Of a stretch of DNA of 28,131 nucleotides, positions 7,753 to 16,031 are shown one piece after another. The stretch lies in the NCBI GenBank assembly GCA_028712015.1, contig JAQTRB010000001.1:1-28131 (forward strand). The letters run 5' to 3'. Numbering within the stretch: position 1 is the stretch's first letter; every line of letters begins with the position of its first letter. Position numbers and translations under genes: made by a program. A model generated the notes under the pieces. It had not been told where the DNA came from. It saw nothing but the letters and a program-made list of their open reading frames with translations, and ran no database searches. The DNA comes from Syntrophales bacterium. GTDB lineage: Bacteria > Desulfobacterota > Syntrophia > Syntrophales > UBA5619.

Positions 7753-9480
7753 TCAATCGGCAAAATATACGGGCGAAACGTTGGCTCTCAAAGCCGCCAG
7801 CTCCACTTCCGTCGGAGGCGGCGTCATCCCGACATCCGCCGGAACAATCAAATCGAATCCCGTCGCCGCCACAACCTGATCGACGGTCACTCCCGGATGA
7901 ACCGAGACCAGTTTCATCCGTTTGCTCAGAGGATCGAAGCCGAGGACCGCCATATCGGTAATGACCTTGTCCGGTCCGCCGCCGGTCAATCCGGCGTCGG
8001 CGCGCGATGTTCCGCCATTGAGATATCCAGGGCTGGTGATATAATCCACCCGCTCCAGAAAACGCCGCTTTTCATGTTTCATGATAATCATGGTCCGCTT
8101 TGCGCAGGAGGCGATGACATTGGCGCCGCCGCTGCCCGGAAAACGTTTTTTGGGTTTGTGGTAGTTTCCGATGCAGGTGGCATTCAGATTGCCGTATTGA
8201 TCGATCTGGGCCCCCCCCAGGAATCCGACATCGGCGAAACCCCGGTGGACGATGTGGCCCAGACCGTCCAGCGTCGCCGTAACAAAGGCGGGCTTCGCGA
8301 TACCGGTCAAACGCGGATCGGCAACCGACAGCGATGAATCGACCGGCTTCAAACCACCGATTCCCGTCTCAACAACATAGTGGCAATGGGGCGCATGGGA
8401 CAGCTTGGCCACGGTCGTTGCCGCCATGGGCAAACCCGTTCCCGCCACGACGATATCATGGTCTTTCAACTCGCGGGCGGCGGCGATGATCATGAGCTCC
8501 CGAAGGTTGAATTCTCCGGGCGGCTTCTCCTGCAGCTCGATCGCGGGACTGACGAGGCTGGTTGTGTATTTCGAATAACCAAGCCGGGGATCGATGGCCA
8601 GCCGGCGGTACGTCAGCGGCGTTCCGGCGATTTCGAGATAGGCGGTAAAATCCTCGACGCCGTAAACGAACCGGTCCAGATAGGCCTTGAAACTCTCCGG
8701 TGTGCTGGAAATCTTCTGGTAATTCCGGAGCGCCTCATAGTCATAGTCATAGCAACCGGGAACGCAGGACGGATAAGCGCCCCGCGGGCAGTGGACGATG
8801 GCGTTCACCCGGAAGAACGGAATGATGGTGGACTCGGGATTGCGCCGGATCTCATCGTTGGGAATCAATTGTTCCGTGACCAGGATCACCTGGCGGGCGG
8901 CCTTGGCGATATACTCGTCCGCAAAACTGGATCCGTCGATCTGGCAGTTGCCGCTTTCGTCGCAACGGGGCACGTGGATGACGGCGAGGTCGGGAGTGCA
9001 GGCGGGCAGGAGAACCACTTTCTGGTTTGTGAAGGGGCAATTCATCATTTCAAACTTTTTTGCCTTCAGGACCTGGTACTTGAGCATATCGGAACCCAGC
9101 ATGGATGTCATCGGGATGAAGGGAAAACCGAGGGAACCGGCCAGGTAGCGAAATGTCATCGCCCCGTGCTCATAGTCTTCGGAGAGGATTCGCCCCTCCT
9201 GAACGCTGCGGCAGAAGTTTTTCGGCAATCCGAGACGCTCCATGTTCACGCAGCCGGATTCGATGGACTTGACCAGCCCGGCGCCGATCAGGATATCCAC
9301 GGAATAGGAGGGATTCACGCTGGAAATATGCAGATCGCCGATTCCCTGACGGATCACTTCATGGGAAAAGGCCATCGGACTGCGACACAGGGAAAATCCA
9401 CCATAACCGAGATGCATCCCGGGATGGACAAAGCGAGAAACGGCTTCCTTCATGGTCATCAATTTGCACTCTTCACTCAA
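7753..9480 (-). CDS. Family I CoA-transferase, glutaconate/3-oxoadipate CoA-transferase type, alpha and beta subunits fused
   Basis: TTG start at 9480 after GAGGAGG; alpha part MTMKEAVSRFVHPG, PDLAVIHVPRCDESGNCQIDG, HCPRGAYPS; beta part ELMIIAAAREL, GTGLP, catalytic-type VETG, GGAQIDQYGNLN, GSGGAN, ERVDYITSPG, LVSVHPGV; no internal stop. Confidence 0.88.
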   Translation of the reverse strand: MSEECKLMTMKEAVSRFVHPGMHLGYGGFSLCRSPMAFSHEVIRQGIGDLHISSVNPSYSVDILIGAGLVKSIESGCVNMERLGLPKNFCRSVQEGRILSEDYEHGAMTFRYLAGSLGFPFIPMTSMLGSDMLKYQVLKAKKFEMMNCPFTNQKVVLLPACTPDLAVIHVPRCDESGNCQIDGSSFADEYIAKAARQVILVTEQLIPNDEIRRNPESTIIPFFRVNAIVHCPRGAYPSCVPGCYDYDYEALRNYQKISSTPESFKAYLDRFVYGVEDFTAYLEIAGTPLTYRRLAIDPRLGYSKYTTSLVSPAIELQEKPPGEFNLRELMIIAAARELKDHDIVVAGTGLPMAATTVAKLSHAPHCHYVVETGIGGLKPVDSSLSVADPRLTGIAKPAFVTATLDGLGHIVHRGFADVGFLGGAQIDQYGNLNATCIGNYHKPKKRFPGSGGANVIASCAKRTMIIMKHEKRRFLERVDYITSPGYLNGGTSRADAGLTGGGPDKVITDMAVLGFDPLSKRMKLVSVHPGVTVDQVVAATGFDLIVPADVGMTPPPTEVELAALRANVSPVYFAD

Positions 9481-9545
9481 AACGAAAACCTCCTCTTCAA
9501 TTTTCCGGGCAGTAGGATGTTGCCCCTTGGCGGGAGAGCGGGGGG

Positions 9546-9574
9546 AGCGTAGCGAAACCAATTTTCATTGTCAA
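9546..9574 (-). promoter_or_regulatory. Sigma70-type promoter for the CoA-transferase-tctCBA-thiolase unit
   Basis: TTGACA (9574-9569), 17-nt spacer, TACGCT (9551-9546), about 65 bp upstream of the TTG start. Confidence 0.65.
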
Positions 9575-9718
9575 GAAAACATTGACGCCTTCGGAAAAAA
9601 CAATCCCGTCAACCCTGTACCTTTGAACACCATACCATCGCAGAACCGGACGCAACGTGCGGTTAAGGATTCGCGCTGCAGCGGCCTGCCCTCGGAAGGA
9701 TCGCTGGAATACGACATC

Positions 9719-11107
9719 TTAAACGCTCACTTTGTCGATGGCGCTCCGGATGGCTGAAACGATCCGGTCGATGTCACCCTTCGTGGCCACCAGCGCCGGG
9801 GCGAGATTAATGGTGTTGTTCAGACCGGGAAGGCTCCGATTGGTCCGGCCCACGAGGACGCCCTGATCGGCGATTCCCTTTACGATGTTCATCAGGAAGG
9901 GTTCCGACACCGGCTGTTTCGTTTTGCGGTCCTCGACAAACTCAATGCCGGCAAAGAGCCCCCTGCCCCGCACATCGCCTACGATCGGAAAGGCCCGGAG
10001 CTCCTCCAGACGGCCAAGCAGGTACTCCCCGACGATCCGGCTGTTTTCGCAGAGATGTTCCTCTTCGATGATCCGGGCGTTCTCCAGCGCCGCGGCGCAG
10101 GCGCCGGCGCAGCCGCCGTAGGTGCTGATGTCCCTGAAATAGGCCATCTTGTCGGCAGGATCATTGACAAACGCATTGAAAACGTCTTCCGTGACGACCG
10201 TGGCGGACAGCGGCATATAGGCGCTGGCCATTCCCTTCGCCAGGGTCACCATGTCGGGCTGAACGTCATAGTGCTGATAGCCGAACATCTTCCCCGTCCG
10301 GCCGAAACCGCAGACCACCTCGTCCAGGATCATCAGGACTTCATATTTCCGGCAGATTTTCTGCAGAAGCGGGTAATACTCCTTCACCGGCGGAATAATG
10401 CCTCCGCCGGCCGTAATCGTCTCAAGGATGACCCCCCCCACCGTGTCCGGGCCCTCCTTCAGGATCGCGGTCTCCAGGGCCATCGCGCAGTCGATGTCGC
10501 ATCCCGGATAGGTCCTTCCGAACGCGCACCGGTAGCAGCAGGCGTGCGGAAACTCCGCAAAACCCTCGAGGAACGGGCCGTAGCCTTCCTTCCGCTCCTG
10601 CTGTCCGCCGGCGCTCAGCGCCGCCATCGTGGTCCCGTGGTAATCCCGGTTGCGGTACAGGATCTTGTACTTGTCCTTCCCCTTGTATTTCAGACGGAAG
10701 TACTGCCGGACCATCTTGAAGGCCTTTTCGTTCGCCTCCGAACCGCTGTTGGAAAAGAAAATCTTGCCCAGGCCGGGCATCAGCGCTATGACCTTGCCGG
10801 CAAACCGGATCGTCGGGATGTTTCCCGCCGTGCCCGCATAGTAGGGCATCGTCTTCAACTGCTCGCGGACGGCGTCGGCGATGGAATCCCGTCCGTAGCC
10901 GACATTCACGCACCAGACCCCGCCCGATGTGGCGTCCAGATACTCCCGGCCCCGGATGTCCTTCAGGATCAGGCCCCGGCCTTCCACCATGACCTGAGGC
11001 TCGCTCGTCTGGAATACCTTGTGCTGCATCAGATGATGCCAGAGGTAATCCCGGTCCTGTTTCAACAATTCGTCGACGTCTTTCCGCATCAAATCCCTTT
11101 CGTTCAT
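9719..11107 (-). CDS. tpa: Class III PLP aminotransferase, taurine:pyruvate aminotransferase (Tpa)-like
   Basis: ATG 11107 after AAGGAGG; WHHLMQH, YLDATSGGVWCVNVGYGR, SNSGSEANEKA, YRNRDYHGTT, DEVVCGFGRTG, PLP lysine in TLAKG, and FVNDPADKMAYFRDISTYGGC closely recalling Bilophila Tpa (from memory). Family certain, substrate probable. Confidence 0.8.
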   Translation of the reverse strand: MNERDLMRKDVDELLKQDRDYLWHHLMQHKVFQTSEPQVMVEGRGLILKDIRGREYLDATSGGVWCVNVGYGRDSIADAVREQLKTMPYYAGTAGNIPTIRFAGKVIALMPGLGKIFFSNSGSEANEKAFKMVRQYFRLKYKGKDKYKILYRNRDYHGTTMAALSAGGQQERKEGYGPFLEGFAEFPHACCYRCAFGRTYPGCDIDCAMALETAILKEGPDTVGGVILETITAGGGIIPPVKEYYPLLQKICRKYEVLMILDEVVCGFGRTGKMFGYQHYDVQPDMVTLAKGMASAYMPLSATVVTEDVFNAFVNDPADKMAYFRDISTYGGCAGACAAALENARIIEEEHLCENSRIVGEYLLGRLEELRAFPIVGDVRGRGLFAGIEFVEDRKTKQPVSEPFLMNIVKGIADQGVLVGRTNRSLPGLNNTINLAPALVATKGDIDRIVSAIRSAIDKVSV

Positions 11108-11284
11108 GACTCCAAACCTCCTTGTTTCCAGCGACGGCGCCGGGCGCCGTTCTCCCAAATGACCTGCGGGGAAAGGCCTTTTTCCAGGCCGTTCAAATAT
11201 GCCCTGATGTCAAACCCCATCCCGGGACGCGTTGCTCGGCAAAGGTGGGGGAACCCCCTCGGGCGGGTGTTGATCCGCGGCCTG

Positions 11285-12064
11285 TTACAGCGTCAGCTCC
11301 GAGGCCTCGGTGATTTCGTGACGGAGCTTGAGAAACGCCATGTCCGTATGCTCCCGCGGCCGGGGCAGATCGACATTGTAGACAACGTCCATCCGGCCCG
11401 GCAGTTTGCCCACCATGGTGACGATGCGGTCCGCGAGATAGATCGCCTCATCGATATTGTTGGTCACAAAGAGGATCGTCCGCTTCTCGGTTTCCCAGAT
11501 GCGGGCGGTCTCCTTCTCCATGAAATAGCGGGTCTGGGCGTCGAGCTGGCCGAAGGGTTCATCCAGAAGCATGACCTGGGGATTGTTGGCATAAGCCCGG
11601 GCGATCCCCACCCGCTGCTTCATTCCGCCGCTGAGCTGGTGGGGATAGTGGTTCTCGAAGCCGTCCAATCCGACCAGATGGATGTAATGGGCGGCAATTT
11701 CGCGCCGCTCGTTCTTCGGTACGCCGCGCAGTTTGGGACCCATCTCCACGTTTCCCATGACCGTTTTCCAGGCGAAGAGCATGTAGCCCTGGAACACCAG
11801 ACCCCGGTCCGGTCCCGGACCTTCCACCTCCCGGCCGTCCAAGAGCACGCGCCCTTCCGTCGGCGTTTCCAGGCCGGCGATGATGCGCAGCAGCGTGCTC
11901 TTGCCCGACTGGCCCGGCCCCAGGATCACGACAAACTCGTTCTCCTTCACGTCCAGGCTGATGTGGTCCAGCACATGAACCCGCTGCTTCCCCTTCTGGA
12001 TGAAGATCTTGGTGATGTCTTCACACACGATCTTGGTCTGACCGGGATGCGTTTCGTCTTTCAA
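11285..12064 (-). CDS. TauB/SsuB-family ABC transporter ATP-binding protein (degenerate Walker A and H-switch)
   Basis: GPGQSGKST, VFQ Q-loop, LSGGMKQR, LLDEPFGQLD, FVTNNIDEA, DLPRPR. Start placed at TTG 12064 (AGGAG upstream); ATG 12124 is an alternative. Confidence 0.9.
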   Translation of the reverse strand: MKDETHPGQTKIVCEDITKIFIQKGKQRVHVLDHISLDVKENEFVVILGPGQSGKSTLLRIIAGLETPTEGRVLLDGREVEGPGPDRGLVFQGYMLFAWKTVMGNVEMGPKLRGVPKNERREIAAHYIHLVGLDGFENHYPHQLSGGMKQRVGIARAYANNPQVMLLDEPFGQLDAQTRYFMEKETARIWETEKRTILFVTNNIDEAIYLADRIVTMVGKLPGRMDVVYNVDLPRPREHTDMAFLKLRHEITEASELTL

Positions 12065-12127
12065 TCTGATCTCCTGCGACAAAGAATTGAATGTTCCGAG
12101 GCTCCGGTCCGGGCCGGCGCCCATCTC

Positions 12128-12961
12128 CTACGGGCTGTCGATCTCCCGCTTCCAGGGGCAGACGAACCGCTCCAGAACCGAGACGAGTTGGCTCATTCCC
12201 CAGGAAACGAGCGCAATGACAACCATGCCTCCCACGATCATGGCCGGTCGTGAGAGGTTCATACCCAGGATGATGATGAACCCCAGACCGGAGCGGGCGC
12301 TGACCAGTTCGGCGGCAAGAACGCAGCTCCAGGCGATGCTCAATGCGATCTGCAGCCCCGCGAAAATGGCGGGGAAAGCCGCGGGAAAGCATACCTGGAC
12401 GATCTCGTCGCGGCGGTTTCCGCCCAACATGCGGACCACGTCGTACAGCTCGGGCTCCACCAGCCGAACGCCGTTATAGGCGTCCAGCAGACAGGGCACG
12501 AATGTGCCGATGATGATGATGAATACCTTCGAGGTCTCGCCGATGCCGAACCAGAGGATCGCGATGGAGATCCAGGCCAGCGGCGGCATCGGTTTGAGAA
12601 GGTCGAAGAGCGGCTTCACAATGGCGTTGACATAACGGTTGAGCGCCATCATCAGTCCCAGCGGCACCGCCACCAGCGTGGCGATGGTGAAGCCGATGAG
12701 GATCCGCTGGGTACTGGCCCAGACATGACCCAGGAGCGACTTCCCCGCGAGCGGATCGAAGAGCATGCGCCAAAGCTGGAGGACCACTTCATGGGGCCGG
12801 GGCAGACCACTGGCGAACATGCGGGCCGAGCTGTCCCAGACGACGAAAAAGAACATCAGCGAAACGCCGTAGAGGAACCAGCGGTTCTTGAGCATCGCGG
12901 CCGGGGTCAGAGGTTTTCGTTCCCGAACCTGCTGCTGTATTTCGTTGGCAATATCGACCAC
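12128..12961 (-). CDS. TauC/SsuC-family ABC permease
   Basis: LKPMPPLAWISIAILWFGIGE, AAELVSARSGLG, about 6 TM segments; GTG start after GGAGG. Confidence 0.9.
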   Translation of the reverse strand: MVDIANEIQQQVRERKPLTPAAMLKNRWFLYGVSLMFFFVVWDSSARMFASGLPRPHEVVLQLWRMLFDPLAGKSLLGHVWASTQRILIGFTIATLVAVPLGLMMALNRYVNAIVKPLFDLLKPMPPLAWISIAILWFGIGETSKVFIIIIGTFVPCLLDAYNGVRLVEPELYDVVRMLGGNRRDEIVQVCFPAAFPAIFAGLQIALSIAWSCVLAAELVSARSGLGFIIILGMNLSRPAMIVGGMVVIALVSWGMSQLVSVLERFVCPWKREIDSP

Positions 12962-12967
12962 GTGACG

Positions 12968-13762
12968 CTACCTCCTAATCCCGGCCAGCAGCTTCTTCTC
13001 AAAATAGTTGATGATGATCCCGATCACGACGCCGGTGAGACCGATCATGATCATTCCCAGCAGGACCATGTCGGGCAGGGCGAGTTTCCTCCCCATCGTG
13101 ATGAGAAAACCGAGCCCCCGGTCCGCGGCCAGCAGTTCGGCCGCGACCAGGTTGGTCCAGCAAAGGGCAAGGGCAATCTGCAGTGCCCCGAAGACCATGG
13201 GCAGGGCCGAGGGAATGCAGATCTGCTTGAAGATCTGCCAGTCCGTGGCGCCGTATGTCCTGGCCATCTGGACCAGCGTGGGGTTCGTCATGCGGACCCC
13301 TTCATACGAATTGATCACGCAGGGTACGATGCCTCCAATCCAGATGATGAAGATCTTGCCGCTGATGCCGATGCCGAACCAGAAGATGACCAGGGGGATC
13401 CAGGCAACGGGAGGAATGGGGCGGATCATTTCGAAAATCGGACGGCCCAGGCCTTCGACGACGACAAACCAGCCCATGGCCAAACCCAGCGGTATCCCCA
13501 CAAGCAGGGCAAGCAGATAGCCGGCGAAAGCCTCCTGGACGCTGGTCCAAATATGCTGCGAAAGCAGGGCGCCGTCAGGATTCACCTCCGTCCACTTCAC
13601 CAAAAAAAGCTGAAAAATCTGGATCGGCGAGGCGAGCATCGTCGACGGGACGATCTCCCGATCCACAACCATCTGCCACGCGCCGAAGAAGGCAAGGACG
13701 CTCAGGACGGGAAGCAGCCTCAGGATCAGGGGCGTCTTGACTTTGACTTGCTCATAGGCCAT
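12968..13762 (-). CDS. TauC/SsuC-family ABC permease (second paralog)
   Basis: IRPIPPVAWIPLVIFWFGIG, EAA-like QMARTYGA, AAELLAADRGLG; GGAGGTG RBS. Confidence 0.9.
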   Translation of the reverse strand: MAYEQVKVKTPLILRLLPVLSVLAFFGAWQMVVDREIVPSTMLASPIQIFQLFLVKWTEVNPDGALLSQHIWTSVQEAFAGYLLALLVGIPLGLAMGWFVVVEGLGRPIFEMIRPIPPVAWIPLVIFWFGIGISGKIFIIWIGGIVPCVINSYEGVRMTNPTLVQMARTYGATDWQIFKQICIPSALPMVFGALQIALALCWTNLVAAELLAADRGLGFLITMGRKLALPDMVLLGMIMIGLTGVVIGIIINYFEKKLLAGIRR

Positions 13763-13916
13763 GGATCACCTCCGAATGTTCTCCCGGCGCGGGAGAAAAA
13801 CAGTTTAAAATCGATCTGACGTGGAAAAGGGATCTTCATGCTTTGCATCGTTTTCCACGAGACGGATACAGGAAAATCATCATGTCTCAGACGGCCGCAC
13901 ACCTTATGAGCGCAGG

Positions 13917-13965
13917 GCCCATTTCGGGAACCGGCCTTTTCCCCGGGCCGGTCCCCGAAATGGGC
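13917..13965. other. Strong inverted repeat (20-bp stem with 1 mismatch, 9-nt loop) just downstream of the binding-protein gene
   Basis: GCCCATTTCGGGAACCGGCC (13917-13936) pairs with GGCCGGTCCCCGAAATGGGC (13946-13965); no poly-U tail on the minus strand, so more like an mRNA-stabilising hairpin than a classic terminator. Confidence 0.75.
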
Positions 13966-14011
13966 AGCATCCTCGTCCCGTCGCAACGGATCAGAACCCG
14001 CCATCCGCGCC

Positions 14012-15088
14012 CTAGGGAATGGGCTGTTTGACCATTTTGAGGAATTTGTCCGTGATGTAGGGGGTCTTGAGCGCCTTGTCCCTTTCCTCCGGCTTGAACC
14101 GCCCCAGTGTCGTGAACACCTCGGTGATGGTTCGCTGCCAAGACTCGACCGTGCTGTCCCCCTTTGCCGGTTTCTTGAACAGCTTCAACTGTTCCTCATA
14201 CGTGAAAACCGGATGCCACTCGAAATCGTTCTTCAGCATGTCGTCTTTCAGGTCCATACCGGCCCATTCCTTGTAGAAGCGCTTGTATTCGGGCAACAGC
14301 TTGATACCTTCCTTTTTGATCAGGTTGATTCCCCGCATGTACATCCTCAAAAACTTGGCGACAATTTCCGGGTTTTTGTCGCAGAATTTCTTGTCGCCCA
14401 TCAGGATGATGGGCAGGGCAGCGCCGGCGGTTTTCACGTCGCCGGCCACCTTCCATCCCTTCCCCATGCCCGTGAACATATGGGGCGCCCAGAGGACGAC
14501 GATGTCGCCGACGCCCGAATCAAAGGCCGCCACGGCCTGGGCCTGGTCCATGTTCTTGACCACCACGTCGCCGTCCTTGAGCCCGAATGCCTTGAGCCAG
14601 AGGCTCATGGCGTAATGGCCCGATGAAACCGTCGTGACCAGGATCGTCTTGCCTTTGATCAAATCGGGATTGCCGTAGAGTTCGGGGTGTTTCTTGTTCC
14701 AGCCCTTAACCTTCAGGATCGGGCTGTCGGGCCGAACCATGACGACATTCGTGATGGACTCGTCATTGCCGAGGGCGATCAGATAGGCTCCGTGACGGAG
14801 GGCGCCCACCACCATCGGCACGCCGCCCTGCCCGCCCAGGACCCACTGTCCGGCAGGCAGCGCTTCCCATTGCGCCATGCCGGAGTCGAAGTAGTGCATC
14901 TTGATGTCCAGCCCCTCTTCCTTGTCCCAACCCTTCTGCTTGGCATACCAGACCACGAAGGTCTCATGCTCCGGCTGCCAGCTGGTGTTGAGTTCGAAGA
15001 GTTTCTGCTGCGCGAAAGCCGCGCTGGCCCCGCCGACGAAAAACGCCAACGCCAACAATACAATGCCTGCAACTTTGAGCTTCCTCAT
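14012..15088 (-). CDS. TauA/SsuA (NitT/TauT family) ABC substrate-binding protein
   Basis: ATG 15088 after AAAGGAG; signal peptide ending SAAFA; KGWDKEEGLD, FDSG, LIKGKTILVTTVSSGHY, AFDSGVGDIVVLWAP. Confidence 0.87.
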   Translation of the reverse strand: MRKLKVAGIVLLALAFFVGGASAAFAQQKLFELNTSWQPEHETFVVWYAKQKGWDKEEGLDIKMHYFDSGMAQWEALPAGQWVLGGQGGVPMVVGALRHGAYLIALGNDESITNVVMVRPDSPILKVKGWNKKHPELYGNPDLIKGKTILVTTVSSGHYAMSLWLKAFGLKDGDVVVKNMDQAQAVAAFDSGVGDIVVLWAPHMFTGMGKGWKVAGDVKTAGAALPIILMGDKKFCDKNPEIVAKFLRMYMRGINLIKKEGIKLLPEYKRFYKEWAGMDLKDDMLKNDFEWHPVFTYEEQLKLFKKPAKGDSTVESWQRTITEVFTTLGRFKPEERDKALKTPYITDKFLKMVKQPIP

Positions 15089-15208
15089 ACCGTCCACTCC
15101 TTTCTGTTTTTGATGGTCTCCTCCCGGACAGGCCCCTGCCTGTACCCCCGAAACGCGTTGTCCCGATGCAGACAGAGCCGGGACGTCTCTGTTCATTGAG
15201 ACCCGCCG

Positions 15209-15976
15209 CTACCACCAGCGGATCAGTTCCGTCACCTCCTTGCGGATCTCCACAAGGCGGGGATCGATAAGACTCCGGGGACGGGGCAGATCGACCTTGA
15301 CTTCGGCCTTGACCTTGGCGGGCTTGTTGCTCAGAATGAGGATGCGCTCCGACACGTAGACCGCCTCTTCGATATTGTGGGTCACAAAGATCACCGTGCT
15401 CTTGAGCTGCTCCCACAGGCGCACCAGTTCATCCTCCAGATAGTAGCGAAGCTTCACGTCCAACTGGCCATAGGGCTCATCCATCAAGAGCAGATCCGGA
15501 TTGACGGCAAAGGCCCGGGCCACGGCGATCCTCTGCAGCATGCTGGCCGAGATCTGGTTGGGATAAAGATCGGCGCAGTCGGCCAAGCCCACCAGGCTCA
15601 TGATCTGATTCAGCTTCTTCTCCATTTCCGCCTTCGGAACCCGCTTGACCTCCATCCCGTAGGCCACGTTCTCGCGCACGGTGCGCCAGGGCAGGCAGGT
15701 CGGTTCCTGGAAAACGAAGGAGAGATGATGTTTCTTGGGATCGGCAACTTCGCCATCGATGAAGATGTCTCCCGCCGTGGATGGAATCAGTTTGGAGAGT
15801 GTATTGAGAAATGTGGTCTTGCCGCAGCCCGTGGGCCCGACAATGCTTAGAAATTCGCCTTCTCCCACATCGAAGGATATCTGATCAAGGACCAGCAGAT
15901 CCCCGAATCGCTTCGTCAGATTTCTGACCTCGATTTTTGCCTTTCTTGTTTTACCACCGTCCACACTTCCCCCCAC
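15209..15976 (-). CDS. TauB/SsuB-family ABC transporter ATP-binding protein (degenerate signature motif)
   Basis: GPTGCGKTT, VFQ, signature ISASMLQR instead of LSGGQ/M, LLMDEPYGQLD, FVTHNIEEA, DLPRPR. Start GTG 15976 or 15964. Confidence 0.9.
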   Translation of the reverse strand: MGGSVDGGKTRKAKIEVRNLTKRFGDLLVLDQISFDVGEGEFLSIVGPTGCGKTTFLNTLSKLIPSTAGDIFIDGEVADPKKHHLSFVFQEPTCLPWRTVRENVAYGMEVKRVPKAEMEKKLNQIMSLVGLADCADLYPNQISASMLQRIAVARAFAVNPDLLLMDEPYGQLDVKLRYYLEDELVRLWEQLKSTVIFVTHNIEEAVYVSERILILSNKPAKVKAEVKVDLPRPRSLIDPRLVEIRKEVTELIRWW

Positions 15977-16031
15977 TTCACAAATATACCGCGGACGAAA
16001 TTCTCAGGGGAATTTGGCCGAAAACCGCGGG

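Noticed and set aside
8735-8752. TCATAG x3 microsatellite
   Set aside because: In-frame coding repeat (YDYDY) inside the CoA-transferase; no sign of phase variation.
11108-11284. GC-rich hairpins and a TTGACA in the spacer before tpa as a riboswitch or internal promoter
   Set aside because: Stems are short, no known aptamer consensus, and no -10 at proper spacing.
10055-12253. 732-aa plus-strand ORF, and similar long antisense ORFs at 3090-4298, 4990-6117, 8380-9552, 12725-13819, 17695-18678, 20839-21972 and 25776-26798
   Set aside because: They lie opposite well-supported genes, have no recognisable motifs or RBS, and are expected shadows of GC-rich codon usage.
15989-16030. CCGCGG...CCGCGG stem between sauS and the first ABC ATPase as a terminator
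   Set aside because: Interrupted stem with no poly-U tract; the genes appear co-transcribed.
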